Assembly: GCF_044704955.1 (NCBI RefSeq)
Contig: NC_091988.1
Span: 52,080,001 to 52,144,000 of the forward strand
DNA from: Pristiophorus japonicus
Lineage: Eukaryota
Length of the DNA: 64,000 bases
Direction of reading: 5' to 3'
Shown here: positions 63,936 through 64,000 of the stretch, one piece after another
Numbering within the stretch: position 1 is the first letter of the stretch
Layout: each line of letters starts with the position of its first letter
The notes under the pieces: generated by a model
What the model was told of the DNA's origin: nothing
Database searches by the model: none
Seen by the model: the letters and a program-made list of their open reading frames with translations, nothing else
Translations under genes and position numbers: made by a program

Positions 63936-64000
63936 CACTTCTTTCAATCACAGTTAAGGACTAGCCCTCTATATGATTCAATAATATGCAATCAAACCAA

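Overview
Eukaryotic vertebrate DNA, most likely a shark or other cartilaginous fish (inferred from the repeat content). No host protein-coding exon could be supported; the window is almost entirely intronic/intergenic and made of nested transposons. It holds three long CR1 LINEs (one near full length with ORF1+ORF2), about 20 short CR1 3' ends, L2 fragments, tRNA-headed SINEs and a 5'-truncated RTE LINE. It also holds a complete but decayed Gypsy LTR element (25568-30189, 5-bp TSD), two solo LTRs, PIF/Harbinger transposase and Myb/SANT relics, about ten Harbinger-type MITEs (several with 3-bp TSDs), a Tc1/mariner MITE and two tRNA pseudogenes. The most unusual item is a ~370-bp retroposed element (1178-1546, minus strand) built from U2 and U1 snRNA pieces with a unique tail, poly(A) and a 13-bp TSD: a candidate snRNA-headed SINE (SINEU-like) outside crocodilians. 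All matches to known RNAs and families were made by eye from remembered consensus sequences, not by database search.
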